Positions 1 through 8,714 of a stretch of 60,567 nucleotides of DNA are shown piece by piece. The notes beneath the pieces were generated by a model, which was not told the DNA's origin, ran no database searches, and saw only the letters and a program-made list of their open reading frames with translations. Source of the stretch: an uncultured Gammaproteobacteria bacterium (GTDB lineage: Bacteria; Patescibacteriota; Microgenomatia; 2-02-FULL-39-11); NCBI GenBank assembly GCA_964354025.1, contig CAYGXQ010000002.1, forward strand, positions 51,798 through 112,364, given 5' to 3'. The first letter of the stretch is position 1; each line of letters begins with the position of its first letter. The position numbers and the translations under genes are program-made.

Positions 1-1
1 C

Positions 2-1012
2 GCTCGGTCCTATTTGTCCGGTCGCTCCCGTTCCGCCGGTTCCTCCCGTTGGTCCAGCGATACCGGTTGCCCCAGTGCCTCCGGTTGGACCGGTTTCTCC
101 TGCGCTTCCTGTTCCACCGGCACCTCCACTTCCTCCGGCACCGATAGCTCCGGTGGCTCCGATAGAACCGGCACTTCCGGCTGTTCCGGCCGTTCCCGCG
201 TCTCCTTTATCTCCCTGGTCACCTTTATCACCTTTATCTCCTTTAGTTCCGGCAAGTCCTGCCGATCCTATTTCTCCTTTTTCTCCCTGCGGCCCTTGCA
301 GTCCCATTGCTCCCGCGGGCCCGATTTCTCCCTGCGGTCCTCTGGCTCCCGCCTCTCCTTGATTTACAGTGACTCTTTCTGTTGTTTGGGCGGCGGCGGC
401 CGGTGCGGCTTGTGCCTGAGCTAAAATCACTTCCGCCGGTTTAAGAGTGGTCTGTATTTCTACAGCCATGGTTTTGGAAAAAGGAGCTACAATCGCGCTT
501 AGCGCGCCGGAAAGAGGACGAGGGAGAGAATATTTAGCACCGGATATTCTTAAATCTCTAAGCGGCCATAAAAAAATTAAAAGAAAAATGACTGCCGATG
601 AAATTATCGCGCCAAGATGAAGAAACTCATTGGGGAAAATTGAATGGCTGAAAAATTCAGTCAGCTTAGGTTGGATTTCTTTTTCCACTTCATCTTTCGC
701 CAATAGAAGATGATTGGTATTATCTTTCAGGATTTTTATATTGCCTTTTTTACCCCAGCGCCTTAGAGTTTGTTTGCTGATCCCCAGTTCGTGGATAGCT
801 TGACTGGCGGTAAGTACCGAAGATATAGGAAGCGGGCCGAATTTTTTTACCCGGACCAGCTCATCATGAGAAAATCTCCGGAATCCTCCCTTAGTTTTCA
901 GGCAGGTAATTTTATTATCATTTACCCACCTGCGTAAAGTCATCACGGACTTGCCTAAAAATCTGGCGGCTTCGCCTATCGAATAGATTTGTTTAGTGGT
1001 TTGGGCAGTCAC
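2..1012 (-). CDS. HTH(x2)-TM-collagen-like repeat protein; 3' end lies outside the window
   Basis: Open frame not in the ORF track because there is no stop in the window. GTG at 1012 is preceded by an in-frame TAA (1022-1024). The translation has two MerR/excisionase-type HTH motifs (IYSIGEAARFLGKSVMTLRRWVNDNKI and VLTASQAIHELGISKQTLRRWGKKGNI). A hydrophobic helix follows (HLGAIISSAVIFLLIFLWPL). From about nt 370 down to nt 2 there are uninterrupted Gly-X-Y triplets (GEAGARGPQGEIGPAGAMGLQGPQGEKGEIG...). Confidence 0.7.
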   Translation of the reverse strand, partial: MTAQTTKQIYSIGEAARFLGKSVMTLRRWVNDNKITCLKTKGGFRRFSHDELVRVKKFGPLPISSVLTASQAIHELGISKQTLRRWGKKGNIKILKDNTNHLLLAKDEVEKEIQPKLTEFFSHSIFPNEFLHLGAIISSAVIFLLIFLWPLRDLRISGAKYSLPRPLSGALSAIVAPFSKTMAVEIQTTLKPAEVILAQAQAAPAAAAQTTERVTVNQGEAGARGPQGEIGPAGAMGLQGPQGEKGEIGSAGLAGTKGDKGDKGDQGDKGDAGTAGTAGSAGSIGATGAIGAGGSGGAGGTGSAGETGPTGGTGATGIAGPTGGTGGTGATGQIGPS

Positions 1013-1018
1013 AAGAAA

Positions 1019-1140
1019 AAATTACAAATTACAAATTATAAATTACAAATTAAATTCTGAATTTCTGAATGTCTGAATTAATTTAGAATTTGGTAATTTA
1101 GACATTTAATTTAGCATTTAGAATTTATAATTTATCATTT
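1019..1140. repeat. AT-rich quasi-palindromic word repeat (copy 1)
   Basis: About 120 nt built from 7-8 nt words (AATTACA, TTCTGAA, TTTAGAA) with mutually inverted arms. A second copy at 54475-54590 has the central block (AAATGCTAAAT.AAATGTCTAAAT...AATTAATTCAGA) in the opposite orientation. Lies directly upstream of the start at 1012. Confidence 0.7.
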
Positions 1141-1348
1141 CTAAGATCTGTATAGCTTTGTATATCTTTTTAAGGCTAATTATGTATAGATTTGTATATG
1201 TTTAAATTCCATATTCTTATTATTAATGTAATATATATATAAATATATTGTCAAGTGTTTGTCTAATAAAAAAGAAAATGTATGTAGCTTTATTGTTCAA
1301 TGAAGCGTTCTTGAGGGATTTGTATAAAGAGGAATTACCTAGCTATTT

Positions 1349-1427
1349 GTCATTGCGAGGAGCGAAGCGACGTGGCAATCTCGGATGGGATTGCTTCTCC
1401 CTCGATATACTCGGGATCGCAATGACA
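1349..1427. repeat. REP-like palindromic element, family A (GTCATTGCGA...TCGCAATGAC)
   Basis: Terminal inverted repeats at 1349-1358 and 1418-1427. Related copies at 3406-3478, 30412-30467 (opposite orientation, truncated) and 31701-31807, plus a half site at 12609-12620. Confidence 0.8.
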
Positions 1428-1432
1428 CGAAC

Positions 1433-2416
1433 TCAGTAGACGATCCTTACTTTCCGCAGGTAAAAGGAGAAGAGGCCGCCGGCGAAGAAGAGTCCGGAAA
1501 TCACAATCAGCCAAGTCATATTTTGGACCATAAATAGAGGGGAAAATAATTCATCCACCGGTACCACCCGCAGGATGACCCATCCCTGATGGTCAACTGG
1601 GAGACTTACCCCGTTTACTCTCGTATTGACAATCGGGAGAAGCTCGTTCTCGATAGGAGAAATCACACCACTCCGCGCTTCCTTGAAATAGTTAGTCTCG
1701 GATAAAAGACCAAGATCCTCCTCTTTCGGGAATTCCTGGTTGGTGATAAAAGCAATTTGCCTTTTATCATCCAAAAGCATTAGCGTATTTTTTCCGTCAC
1801 TGTGTTTCTTCTTTTCCAAAACATTCTCCGTCGCTTTTTTCAGGTATTCCAGATCAATAGTGGCGGTGATTATGGCTACGGTTTCATTATTTTTCAATAC
1901 AGGTACGGCGGTGATAATCAACCTTTTACCCGAAAAAGAGCTGATAATGACTGTGGAAAGGGCCATCTTTTTGGTCTCTAATGCCTGTTGAAAATAAGGT
2001 TTGCTTTGAATATTTATTTCTTCTTCCTGCTTGGGAATGTCAAAACTAAATGCCAGCGAAGAGCCGTCAAGATTCATGATATTGATACTGTTGATGCTCG
2101 GTGATTTGGCAATGATCTCTTTCAAAATCAGGCGGCCATTTTCCTTATCCTTCACGATAACGTCATACAAATTGTTTTGGGCGATAATATCAGAAGTAAT
2201 TTGTCCCACCTGAAAACTTTCCTTGACGTATTCCGCTGCCAGTTTGGCGAAATCAGTATTTTCTGTATAAGCTTGAGCTCTTCGCGTGTCATACCAGAGA
2301 TCAACCACATAGAAGATGAAGATGAGAAAAGGGATAATGGAAATAAGATAGACAATCAGGAGTTTGACTTTCAATTTTCGGTGTTTAGTCAGCATAGCTA
2401 TTTCTATTATGCTCAT
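1433..2416 (-). CDS. Membrane protein with Cache-like extracytoplasmic sensor domain and no output domain
   Basis: N-terminal TM (LLIVYLISIIPFLIFIFYVV). About 250 aa with Cache-like patterns (NLDGSSLAFSF, KPYFQQALETKK, LIITAVPVLKNNETVAIITATIDLEYL). A C-terminal TM follows, then the stop codon. Confidence 0.5.
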   Translation of the reverse strand: MSIIEIAMLTKHRKLKVKLLIVYLISIIPFLIFIFYVVDLWYDTRRAQAYTENTDFAKLAAEYVKESFQVGQITSDIIAQNNLYDVIVKDKENGRLILKEIIAKSPSINSINIMNLDGSSLAFSFDIPKQEEEINIQSKPYFQQALETKKMALSTVIISSFSGKRLIITAVPVLKNNETVAIITATIDLEYLKKATENVLEKKKHSDGKNTLMLLDDKRQIAFITNQEFPKEEDLGLLSETNYFKEARSGVISPIENELLPIVNTRVNGVSLPVDHQGWVILRVVPVDELFSPLFMVQNMTWLIVISGLFFAGGLFSFYLRKVRIVY

Positions 2417-2463
2417 AAAAACAGTTGCTTTTCAAGTGGAAGAAAGATATATTGTATTAGCGA

Positions 2464-2537
2464 CTAGTGGTTAGGGGTTAGTGATTAGTGAAATTTTTTT
2501 TGTAACTAAACCCTAGTGGCTAGTCACTATACCCTAA
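2464..2537. repeat. Heptamer-word imperfect hairpin (intergenic)
   Basis: CTAGTGG TTAGGGG TTAGTGA TTAGTG (2464-2490) faces TAACTAAACCCTAGTGGCTAGTCACTATACCCTAA (2504-2537). The second run is a partly complementary run of the same 7-nt words. Confidence 0.5.
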
Positions 2538-2541
2538 AATT

Positions 2542-3246
2542 ATGTCCGAAGTCATCCCAGCCATCTTAGAAAAAGATTTCTCCGAAATAGAAAAGAAAAT
2601 CCGTCTGGTTGAGAATTTAGTTTCTTGGGTCCAGATCGACCTGGCTGATGGGACACTGGTTCCCAACACCACTTTTCTTGATCCGACTCTTTTTGCCGGT
2701 ATTATAAAAGGCCTTAAAGACACCTCGAAGGTGTTCCGAAGGGACTCCTTCGAGGTGGAGGAAATAGTAAAGAGTAAGGCGCATAAATTATCTTTTGAAC
2801 TTCACCTGATGGTTAAAGATCCCCTGAAATATATTGAGCCTTTTGCCAAAAGCGGTTTCAAACGTTTTTTTGCCCATGTGGAAGGGAAGAAAGTGGAGGA
2901 ATATATAGAGGACTGCAACCGTTTGGATGTGGAGATCGGTTTGGCCATAGACGGGCCGACTAATTGGCAGGCAGTTCATAAATATCTGAATGATATTGAC
3001 ACGGTTTTAGTCATGGCCATTGATGCCGGTTTCTCGGGAAGGCCTTTTCGGGAAGATACGGTTGAAAAAATCAGGAAAATCCGCGAAATAGATTTGGAAA
3101 TTCCGATTGCTGTTGACGGAGCGATGAATCCGGAAAATGCCGCCAAAGTGGTTGCCGCCGGCGCCACCAGGATAAACTCCAATTCCTACATTTTCAATTC
3201 TCCGGATATCAAAGCGGCGATTGAAAAGTTAAGAAATATAAAATAA
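2542..3246 (+). CDS. rpe: Ribulose-phosphate 3-epimerase
   Basis: Colinear Rpe motifs: IDLADGTLVPNTTF, HLMVKDP, AHVEG, VLVMAIDAGFSGRPF, IAVDGAM. Contains an in-frame insert (GLKDTSKVFRRDSFEVEE) encoded by the 53-nt element at 2711-2763. Confidence 0.85.
   Translation: MSEVIPAILEKDFSEIEKKIRLVENLVSWVQIDLADGTLVPNTTFLDPTLFAGIIKGLKDTSKVFRRDSFEVEEIVKSKAHKLSFELHLMVKDPLKYIEPFAKSGFKRFFAHVEGKKVEEYIEDCNRLDVEIGLAIDGPTNWQAVHKYLNDIDTVLVMAIDAGFSGRPFREDTVEKIRKIREIDLEIPIAVDGAMNPENAAKVVAAGATRINSNSYIFNSPDIKAAIEKLRNIK
2711..2763 (+). repeat. 53-nt palindromic element inserted in frame (copy 1, in rpe)
   Basis: GCCTTAAAGACACCTCGAAGGTGTTCCGAAGGGACTCCTTCGAGGTGGAGGAA is identical over 53/53 nt to 16573-16625 in tal. 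It has an internal perfect 11-bp inverted repeat, CACCTCGAAGG (2721-2731) / CCTTCGAGGTG (2747-2757). Confidence 0.9.
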
Positions 3247-3254
3247 ATTCCCTA

Positions 3255-3323
3255 AACAGGAATAGCGCGGACTAAAGTCCGCTAATCCGTTTCTGTTTGG
3301 AATAGCGCAATTTATTGCGCGCC
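3255..3323. repeat. REP-like family B (GGAATAGCGC + short palindrome), two tandem variants
   Basis: AACAGGAATAGCGCGGACTAAAGTCCGC and GGAATAGCGCAATTTATTGCGCGCC. Matches 8624-8655 (GAACAGGAATAGCGCAATTTATTGCGCGCCTT) and a partial copy at 22141-22163. Confidence 0.75.
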
Positions 3324-3342
3324 TTTGAAATGGGGCAAAAGA

Positions 3343-3390
3343 CTGGGTCTGGTGGCCGTCGCCCTCCTCGGCCTAATGTAGCCGTTAAGG
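3343..3390. repeat. Repeat family C (CTGGGTCT.GT.GCCGTCG..CTCCTCGGCC)
   Basis: CTGGGTCTGGTGGCCGTCGCCCTCCTCGGCCTAATGTAGCCGTTAAGG resembles 9107-9157 (CCTGGGTCTTGTCGCCGTCGTTCTCCTCGGCCTGTCGTGGCTGTTATAGCC). Confidence 0.7.
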
Positions 3391-3405
3391 ATTTGGTAAA
3401 ACTTT

Positions 3406-3478
3406 GTCATCGCGAGTCCCGACGTTACGTCGGGGCGTGGCGATCCCGACGGGATTGCTTCGCTACGCTCGCAATGAC
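3406..3478. repeat. REP-like family A copy
   Basis: GTCATCGCGAG...GGGATTGCTTCGCTACGCTCGCAATGAC. ORF 3404..3715 (+) lying over it is judged spurious. Confidence 0.8.
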
Positions 3479-3508
3479 ATGAGACAACGTTTTGAGATAG
3501 CTTCTATT

Positions 3509-6500
3509 TTATTGCGCGCTTTTTGGATTATTTTTTTTACTTCTGCCGGTATTTTTCCCAATAGAAGTTATGACGGCTGCGCAATAGGTGATAAGAGCTT
3601 CGGTAACAGCGTCCTGATCTCTACCAGAATATTTTCTCAGAAGGTTTGTTGCCATACTGCCTGTTTGATTATCCGTATGAGTTCCTATTCCTATACAGGG
3701 GAAAGATCCCAATAATTCCGCGATGTTTCTTAGTCCATTATGAGCGGAGCCTTCATCTATACCTGATGATGCTTCGATCCTTCCCAATGATAATCTGGCA
3801 TTGTCCCAGACAACTATAGCGGGCGGAAGAGAAGATAGATCACTATTTTGTAATATTGCTCTTCCGCAATAATTTACATCGCAATTATTGATAAGGACAG
3901 TTAATGTTCCTCCGTTTGGAAAAGAGATTAAATAAGTATCCAGGTATTTTGCTGATTTTTTCTCTATTGTCACATTTCCCGATTTTTCAAGAGCTTTAAT
4001 CAACGTTTTCATTAATATGACTGACATGTTATGAGGGGTACCGTCAGCCTCGGGGCCATTTCCCATAGCGATAATACAACGGTTACCATCATCAAGATGG
4101 GGAAGATATTCTGCAATATCATGGGCGATTCTCTCTGCGGCTTCATCAATTGCCTTTTGATGGTCGATGGCAGGTTGTCCATCGTCAGGTTCCAATATGG
4201 GCTGTCTCAATGTTTTTATGACTGGTCTTGAGGGTTTTGCATACTTTCCTAGGGAAACTGACCATGTTTTTGAATCAGGATTAAGTCTTGTTTGTTCGAT
4301 ATGAAGAGCTATTTCCTGAGCTTTTTTCCTGAGAATTTCTTCAGGTAATCTTATACCAAGATTGTCAAAAAGCATATTTTGGATAAACACCCCATCAGGT
4401 TTTTCCGCCGCGACAATTCTTTGGCAGGCCTCCATAATTTCATCGTATAAAAATGGCGACAGTCCAATATTTTCCATCGTGCCTCTATATGTTCTTTCGG
4501 TAATTTTCGTATCTGCAGTTTTGTCTTTTAATAATAAATTCAGGGGACCATGAGGATGTTGCAGTAAATGAATGATGCTTTTGTCGTATTCCTCTAACTC
4601 ATGAGCTAGGATTCTTTCTTCATTTTCTTGCGATGGAGTTAATATTTTACGCTCAAGTCCGTTATAATAAACTAGACCTCTTTGCAACACAATATTCACC
4701 AAATTGTCTTGAGGAATTTTCAACAGTCGTGAAAGTATGATGGTTTCTCTGATCAGTTTCCGGCCGTGTGCCCGGAATCTCAGGGTTTCTTCTTCTATTG
4801 ACAAAATTTTGTCGAAATCACTATTTTGCATGGACATGGAATGGATTATGGCTCTTGTTGCGGTCAGTCTGTCAGTTAGAAGGTCAGTCAATCTATTATG
4901 GTTAGGGTGGCCTGCATTTGATAACCTATTAATTTCCCTATGGATTTCCAGAAAGGATGATGTATCAAAGACAGAGATATTTCTTTTGTGTTTTTGCGAA
5001 AGCAGAGCCATTTCCAGTCTGTCTTTACCGCAGGCTACTTCCCAGACCCCGAGCTGGCCGAATTTTTCTTCCCTGCCTTCTATGCCGTTGATATTGATAA
5101 AATTTGCCAGTTCAATTCTTCTACCATCAGGCATGATATAGAACAGCTCGAAGTTTCTTCCGGTCAGATTACCGCCCAACTGTGGATTAGGCGTGCCGCC
5201 CTGTCTCCAGTTGCACGCCTTTTCAGAAAGGGTGACATTGTCAGGGGATATTCCCCGTTCAGCCAGTATTTTCAGGACGGCGTTTTCCGCAGGATGCACA
5301 ACTGCCCTGATCCTCGAAAAATCGAGTTTTTCCTGTCGGAAAAAGTCCAGTAAAGGATAAATCACTTCCCTTAAACTAATTTGGTCCTTTTCCCTGAGTA
5401 TGAAATATCCCAGCATTTCAAAACAAGCAGCCCTGGTAGGAGTCATACCTTTATCCAGTTCAGCTGCCAATTCTCGGGCATCGTTATCCCGAAGGCACAG
5501 TTGACTGCCTGAACGCAGGACTTCATATGCAGGGAAACTTTCGGATAAAGGTTTGCTCTCCTGGGATTTAGACAGGTATTCGATAAGAAGTTGCTCTATA
5601 TCAGACCTGCCGAGGGACCGGTTGTATTCTTTTTCGTCTTTGGGATAGATGACATTTTTTTCCGCCCTAAAAGGAAAATATTTTTGTTCCATAAACCCTG
5701 CAAATCTGTCTTCAATCTTTTCCGGATGATATTTTTCCTGAGATTTCTCAAATTCCGCAACACTGATGTGTGGAGTTCGAGAATAGCGATCAGTAGCACG
5801 AAGGTATGCCTCCGGCCTAAAAGTTCTTGTAATAGCTGTCGAGGAGTCTGGCCGAAGCTCAATGGGGACAGTATTAAAAAACAGTGCTCCCTGTATGGAT
5901 CTGTCTAAATTGACATCAGGGTTTTGGGAATTCAAAAGTATCAGTTCCCGCAATCCGCATATAATAAACGGATGATTATCGCAAATCCATTTTATTGCCT
6001 CAGCAAGCGGGGTCAATTCTCCGGCAGGTTTATTAACTTTTCCCCAGTATATTAGTTCAATTAAACCTTCTTGTCTTAATTCTCTTATATCTCCCGGGAG
6101 ATTATTATAAAAAAGATAAGTGGTTGAGAGAGAACCGCAAATACAATCTAATATATATTTATTTATGCCAAATTTTTGGTAGTGGTCAGGCAGAGGAATA
6201 GAGTTTATTTTTGCATAAATATCAGGATGATTTTTTTCCAGAAAATCCAGCCAGCAGGATACCGATATGGGCAATGTTTCCTGACTGGTTTCAAATAATA
6301 AGTTTCTATTTTCATAATCACTCCTCTGGGGAGATACTTCTTGATCATAGTGTTGTCCGCTTATAAGCGCAGATATAAAATCCCGGCCAACGCTTTTTCT
6401 TGCCTCTTTTAAACAAACTGAGAATTTTCCGTTACCATCTCTTTTAAGGACAATTTCATTCAACCAGTTTTCCATTACCCTGTATCTGCCCGTAAACACA

Positions 6501-8524
6501 GCAAGAGCTATTTTATCAGCTTGTTGTGTTCCCAATCTTTTCAAAACGGTTTCTCTTAATTTCAGTTTATCTTCTTTAGGCAGATAAAGCGTCGCCGAAG
6601 CCTGTTCCAAGAGCAGGCTGATAAGAAATCCCATATCATCCAACTCTTTTACCAAATGATCTGTATCAGTTAAATCAACCCGGAGATGTCTATAAGGTTT
6701 TTGGCATCTTCGAGTAAAATCCCACGCGTGTTCCATGATTATCTTTACATGGCCATTATGAGTAGCACCAAATTCATGCCTAAAACGGATTGTATCTTCA
6801 GTTAAAACAGTTAAGGGCGCCCGATCTACGGATACTCTTGGGCCGGTATGACCTAACATACGTGCTTTATTCACAAGAATATTTGGCATGGCTGATCCTA
6901 AATCTAATGCCAGTCCTTTTGAGTCGTATCTGTGTTTCAAAGAGAGTAAGAGTTCGTCATGTTCATGCTCTCTTTGGGCGGATGATATCAGATATTTGTG
7001 ATCTAATAGGTGCCTGCCCAGATCACTGAAACGATGACGGTTAAAATCACCATCAAGCATCTCATAGGCACCTTGCGTACTTCTTTCGAAATATCCCTGC
7101 AGCTGGTATGGGGATATGATCCTATCCTTAACACGCATTATATTCATAAGTTCTATGACGAGGTCTGTTCTGTATATTCCTGAGGCCAGGTAGTCCAGAA
7201 AATCCTGCGCGTCATTCCTTGTCACTCCCGCCCAGGCGGTTTTGGGCAAAGTGACTATATTAACCATTTCCTGTATCAGATCGCCGAATCTTTGGATAGT
7301 TGCATCATCTCTAGCAAACTCATATATATTACTACCTGCTGATGAGCTGTATTTAATATCAGTAAGAATATTTTCTACAAAGATATCTACCTGCGGACTG
7401 TGATAGACAAACGGACTTTTCAGTTCTTCAAGAGCTTGTATGGCGCGGGAAACCTGTCCGGCATCAGTGTTGCCTTCAATTATTTCTTCCACAGGCTTGG
7501 CGATTATGGAAGGTAAATCCAGATGATCTAAAACAGTAATAACAGCTTTACTGATTTCCAGAAATACAGGATTTCTAATAGATAGCGCGAATCTATTTTG
7601 GCTTGCCTGTTTATTTAAATGACCATCAAAAGTGACCTTTCCAGCTTCATCAACGCCTGCGTATACATATCTCACATTTCTCATTATCTGTCTCAAACTG
7701 ACGTTTTGATCTTCAAATATACCCTTATGGGCGTCAATTACCGTAAGTGCATCCCTGATCTTAGTTAATTCCTGTTCCTTTATGCCCCATTCTGTTAAGG
7801 TAAAAAAGGGTTCAAACAAATCCCAATTTTTAAGTATGGTATGGGCATCAATAGTTTTAAATGCCCGGTTCCATTGGTCCATGGTCCTTTCTATGGTGTT
7901 TGAGTCTGCTTTAACCACATAATCAGCAGTTTCCTGTCTTTTTCGTATAAGGTCAGGGAGATTTACAACCGGTTTTTCTATATGTTGAACTATTTCAGTA
8001 GTTCTAACAGCCGGAAGTTCTCTCTTTCGTCTCAGTTTCTTTACTTCATACGGTGGAATATTGTTAATGATCGGCTTCTGAATTATGAATGGAAGATTTG
8101 TTGTTTGGGGTTGGTCTGCTCCGTCATGAAATAATTTATCTCTACAATTTATCCTTCTTCTGGAATCAGCGCATTTTTTTTGATATATGTCAGCTTCAAC
8201 TGCAATTTGCTTTTTAATGGCTTGTCCTTGTTCAAGAGCAAAATCTCTCGTGAGATTTATTAAAGCAACAAGACTTGGAACCGGTATCTCTTCCAGGCCG
8301 TCATTCGGCGGATCACCGGGTACAACACCTTCAGTATCAAGAGGGCTAACCTCATTTATTCTACAGGCCTGACGTAATAATTCAATTAATTGCTTTTTTT
8401 CCCTCGGTGTCCATTGATCTGCCTCTTTTTTCATCACCATACCTTCTGGTGTTTCTATCCATGGTGGATCCGGTGAAGCATCATGACCATTTGCTATTCT
8501 TATCGTTTCTGTTATATTTCCCAT
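3509..8524 (-). CDS. Giant multidomain protein (1671 aa from the SD-preceded ATG; 1680 aa from 8551) with a degenerate AlaRS-like core
   Basis: Single uninterrupted ORF. GAGGTG lies 7 nt upstream of the ATG at 8524. Residues ~980-1410 (nt ~4320-5614) are colinear with the alanyl-tRNA synthetase N-terminal half. Matching motifs, giant vs AlaRS: SQLCLR vs SQRCVR; ACFEMLGYF vs TFFEMLGNF; CNWRQGG vs DNFWQMG; ELFYIM vs EIFYD. Also IELANFININ vs IEIWNIVFMQF; ACGKDRLEMALLSQ vs TGMGLERIAAVLQ; SVFDTSSF vs SNYDIDLF; TRAIIHS vs IADHIRS. Also GRKLIRETIILS vs GYVLRRIIRRA; HELEEY vs TEEEQF. The N-terminal ~980 aa and C-terminal ~200 aa are unassigned. Confidence 0.6.
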   Translation of the reverse strand: MGNITETIRIANGHDASPDPPWIETPEGMVMKKEADQWTPREKKQLIELLRQACRINEVSPLDTEGVVPGDPPNDGLEEIPVPSLVALINLTRDFALEQGQAIKKQIAVEADIYQKKCADSRRRINCRDKLFHDGADQPQTTNLPFIIQKPIINNIPPYEVKKLRRKRELPAVRTTEIVQHIEKPVVNLPDLIRKRQETADYVVKADSNTIERTMDQWNRAFKTIDAHTILKNWDLFEPFFTLTEWGIKEQELTKIRDALTVIDAHKGIFEDQNVSLRQIMRNVRYVYAGVDEAGKVTFDGHLNKQASQNRFALSIRNPVFLEISKAVITVLDHLDLPSIIAKPVEEIIEGNTDAGQVSRAIQALEELKSPFVYHSPQVDIFVENILTDIKYSSSAGSNIYEFARDDATIQRFGDLIQEMVNIVTLPKTAWAGVTRNDAQDFLDYLASGIYRTDLVIELMNIMRVKDRIISPYQLQGYFERSTQGAYEMLDGDFNRHRFSDLGRHLLDHKYLISSAQREHEHDELLLSLKHRYDSKGLALDLGSAMPNILVNKARMLGHTGPRVSVDRAPLTVLTEDTIRFRHEFGATHNGHVKIIMEHAWDFTRRCQKPYRHLRVDLTDTDHLVKELDDMGFLISLLLEQASATLYLPKEDKLKLRETVLKRLGTQQADKIALAVFTGRYRVMENWLNEIVLKRDGNGKFSVCLKEARKSVGRDFISALISGQHYDQEVSPQRSDYENRNLLFETSQETLPISVSCWLDFLEKNHPDIYAKINSIPLPDHYQKFGINKYILDCICGSLSTTYLFYNNLPGDIRELRQEGLIELIYWGKVNKPAGELTPLAEAIKWICDNHPFIICGLRELILLNSQNPDVNLDRSIQGALFFNTVPIELRPDSSTAITRTFRPEAYLRATDRYSRTPHISVAEFEKSQEKYHPEKIEDRFAGFMEQKYFPFRAEKNVIYPKDEKEYNRSLGRSDIEQLLIEYLSKSQESKPLSESFPAYEVLRSGSQLCLRDNDARELAAELDKGMTPTRAACFEMLGYFILREKDQISLREVIYPLLDFFRQEKLDFSRIRAVVHPAENAVLKILAERGISPDNVTLSEKACNWRQGGTPNPQLGGNLTGRNFELFYIMPDGRRIELANFININGIEGREEKFGQLGVWEVACGKDRLEMALLSQKHKRNISVFDTSSFLEIHREINRLSNAGHPNHNRLTDLLTDRLTATRAIIHSMSMQNSDFDKILSIEEETLRFRAHGRKLIRETIILSRLLKIPQDNLVNIVLQRGLVYYNGLERKILTPSQENEERILAHELEEYDKSIIHLLQHPHGPLNLLLKDKTADTKITERTYRGTMENIGLSPFLYDEIMEACQRIVAAEKPDGVFIQNMLFDNLGIRLPEEILRKKAQEIALHIEQTRLNPDSKTWSVSLGKYAKPSRPVIKTLRQPILEPDDGQPAIDHQKAIDEAAERIAHDIAEYLPHLDDGNRCIIAMGNGPEADGTPHNMSVILMKTLIKALEKSGNVTIEKKSAKYLDTYLISFPNGGTLTVLINNCDVNYCGRAILQNSDLSSLPPAIVVWDNARLSLGRIEASSGIDEGSAHNGLRNIAELLGSFPCIGIGTHTDNQTGSMATNLLRKYSGRDQDAVTEALITYCAAVITSIGKNTGRSKKNNPKSAQ

Positions 8525-8623
8525 AAAAATTTCACCTCGATTTTGAGGCATTTTGATAGATATTTATATATTTTGTGGTATTGTAGCAGAATATCTTATA
8601 GAGTTCAAAAATAGATCAGGCTT

Positions 8624-8655
8624 GAACAGGAATAGCGCAATTTATTGCGCGCCTT
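8624..8655. repeat. REP-like family B copy
   Basis: GAACAGGAATAGCGCAATTTATTGCGCGCCTT, with palindrome GCGCAAT/ATTGCGC. Confidence 0.75.
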
Positions 8656-8675
8656 ATCAAAGGGTATTAAGCCGC

Positions 8676-8706
8676 TTGACATCGCTAATTTTATTTGTGA
8701 TAGAAT
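8676..8706 (+). promoter_or_regulatory. Sigma70-like promoter for the small-membrane-protein operon
   Basis: TTGACA (8676-8681), 19-nt spacer, TAGAAT (8701-8706). The ATG at 8715 is only 8 nt downstream, so the mRNA is probably leaderless. Confidence 0.45.
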
Positions 8707-8714
8707 AATTATTG

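Noticed and set aside
10-424. ORFs 10..255 (-), 14..424 (+) and 75..362 (+) in the first 430 nt
   Set aside because: They are alternative-frame or antisense readings of the GGN-NNN-NNN collagen-like repeat. The Gly-X-Y frame on the minus strand is continuous with the HTH-TM region up to 1012 and is the coherent one.
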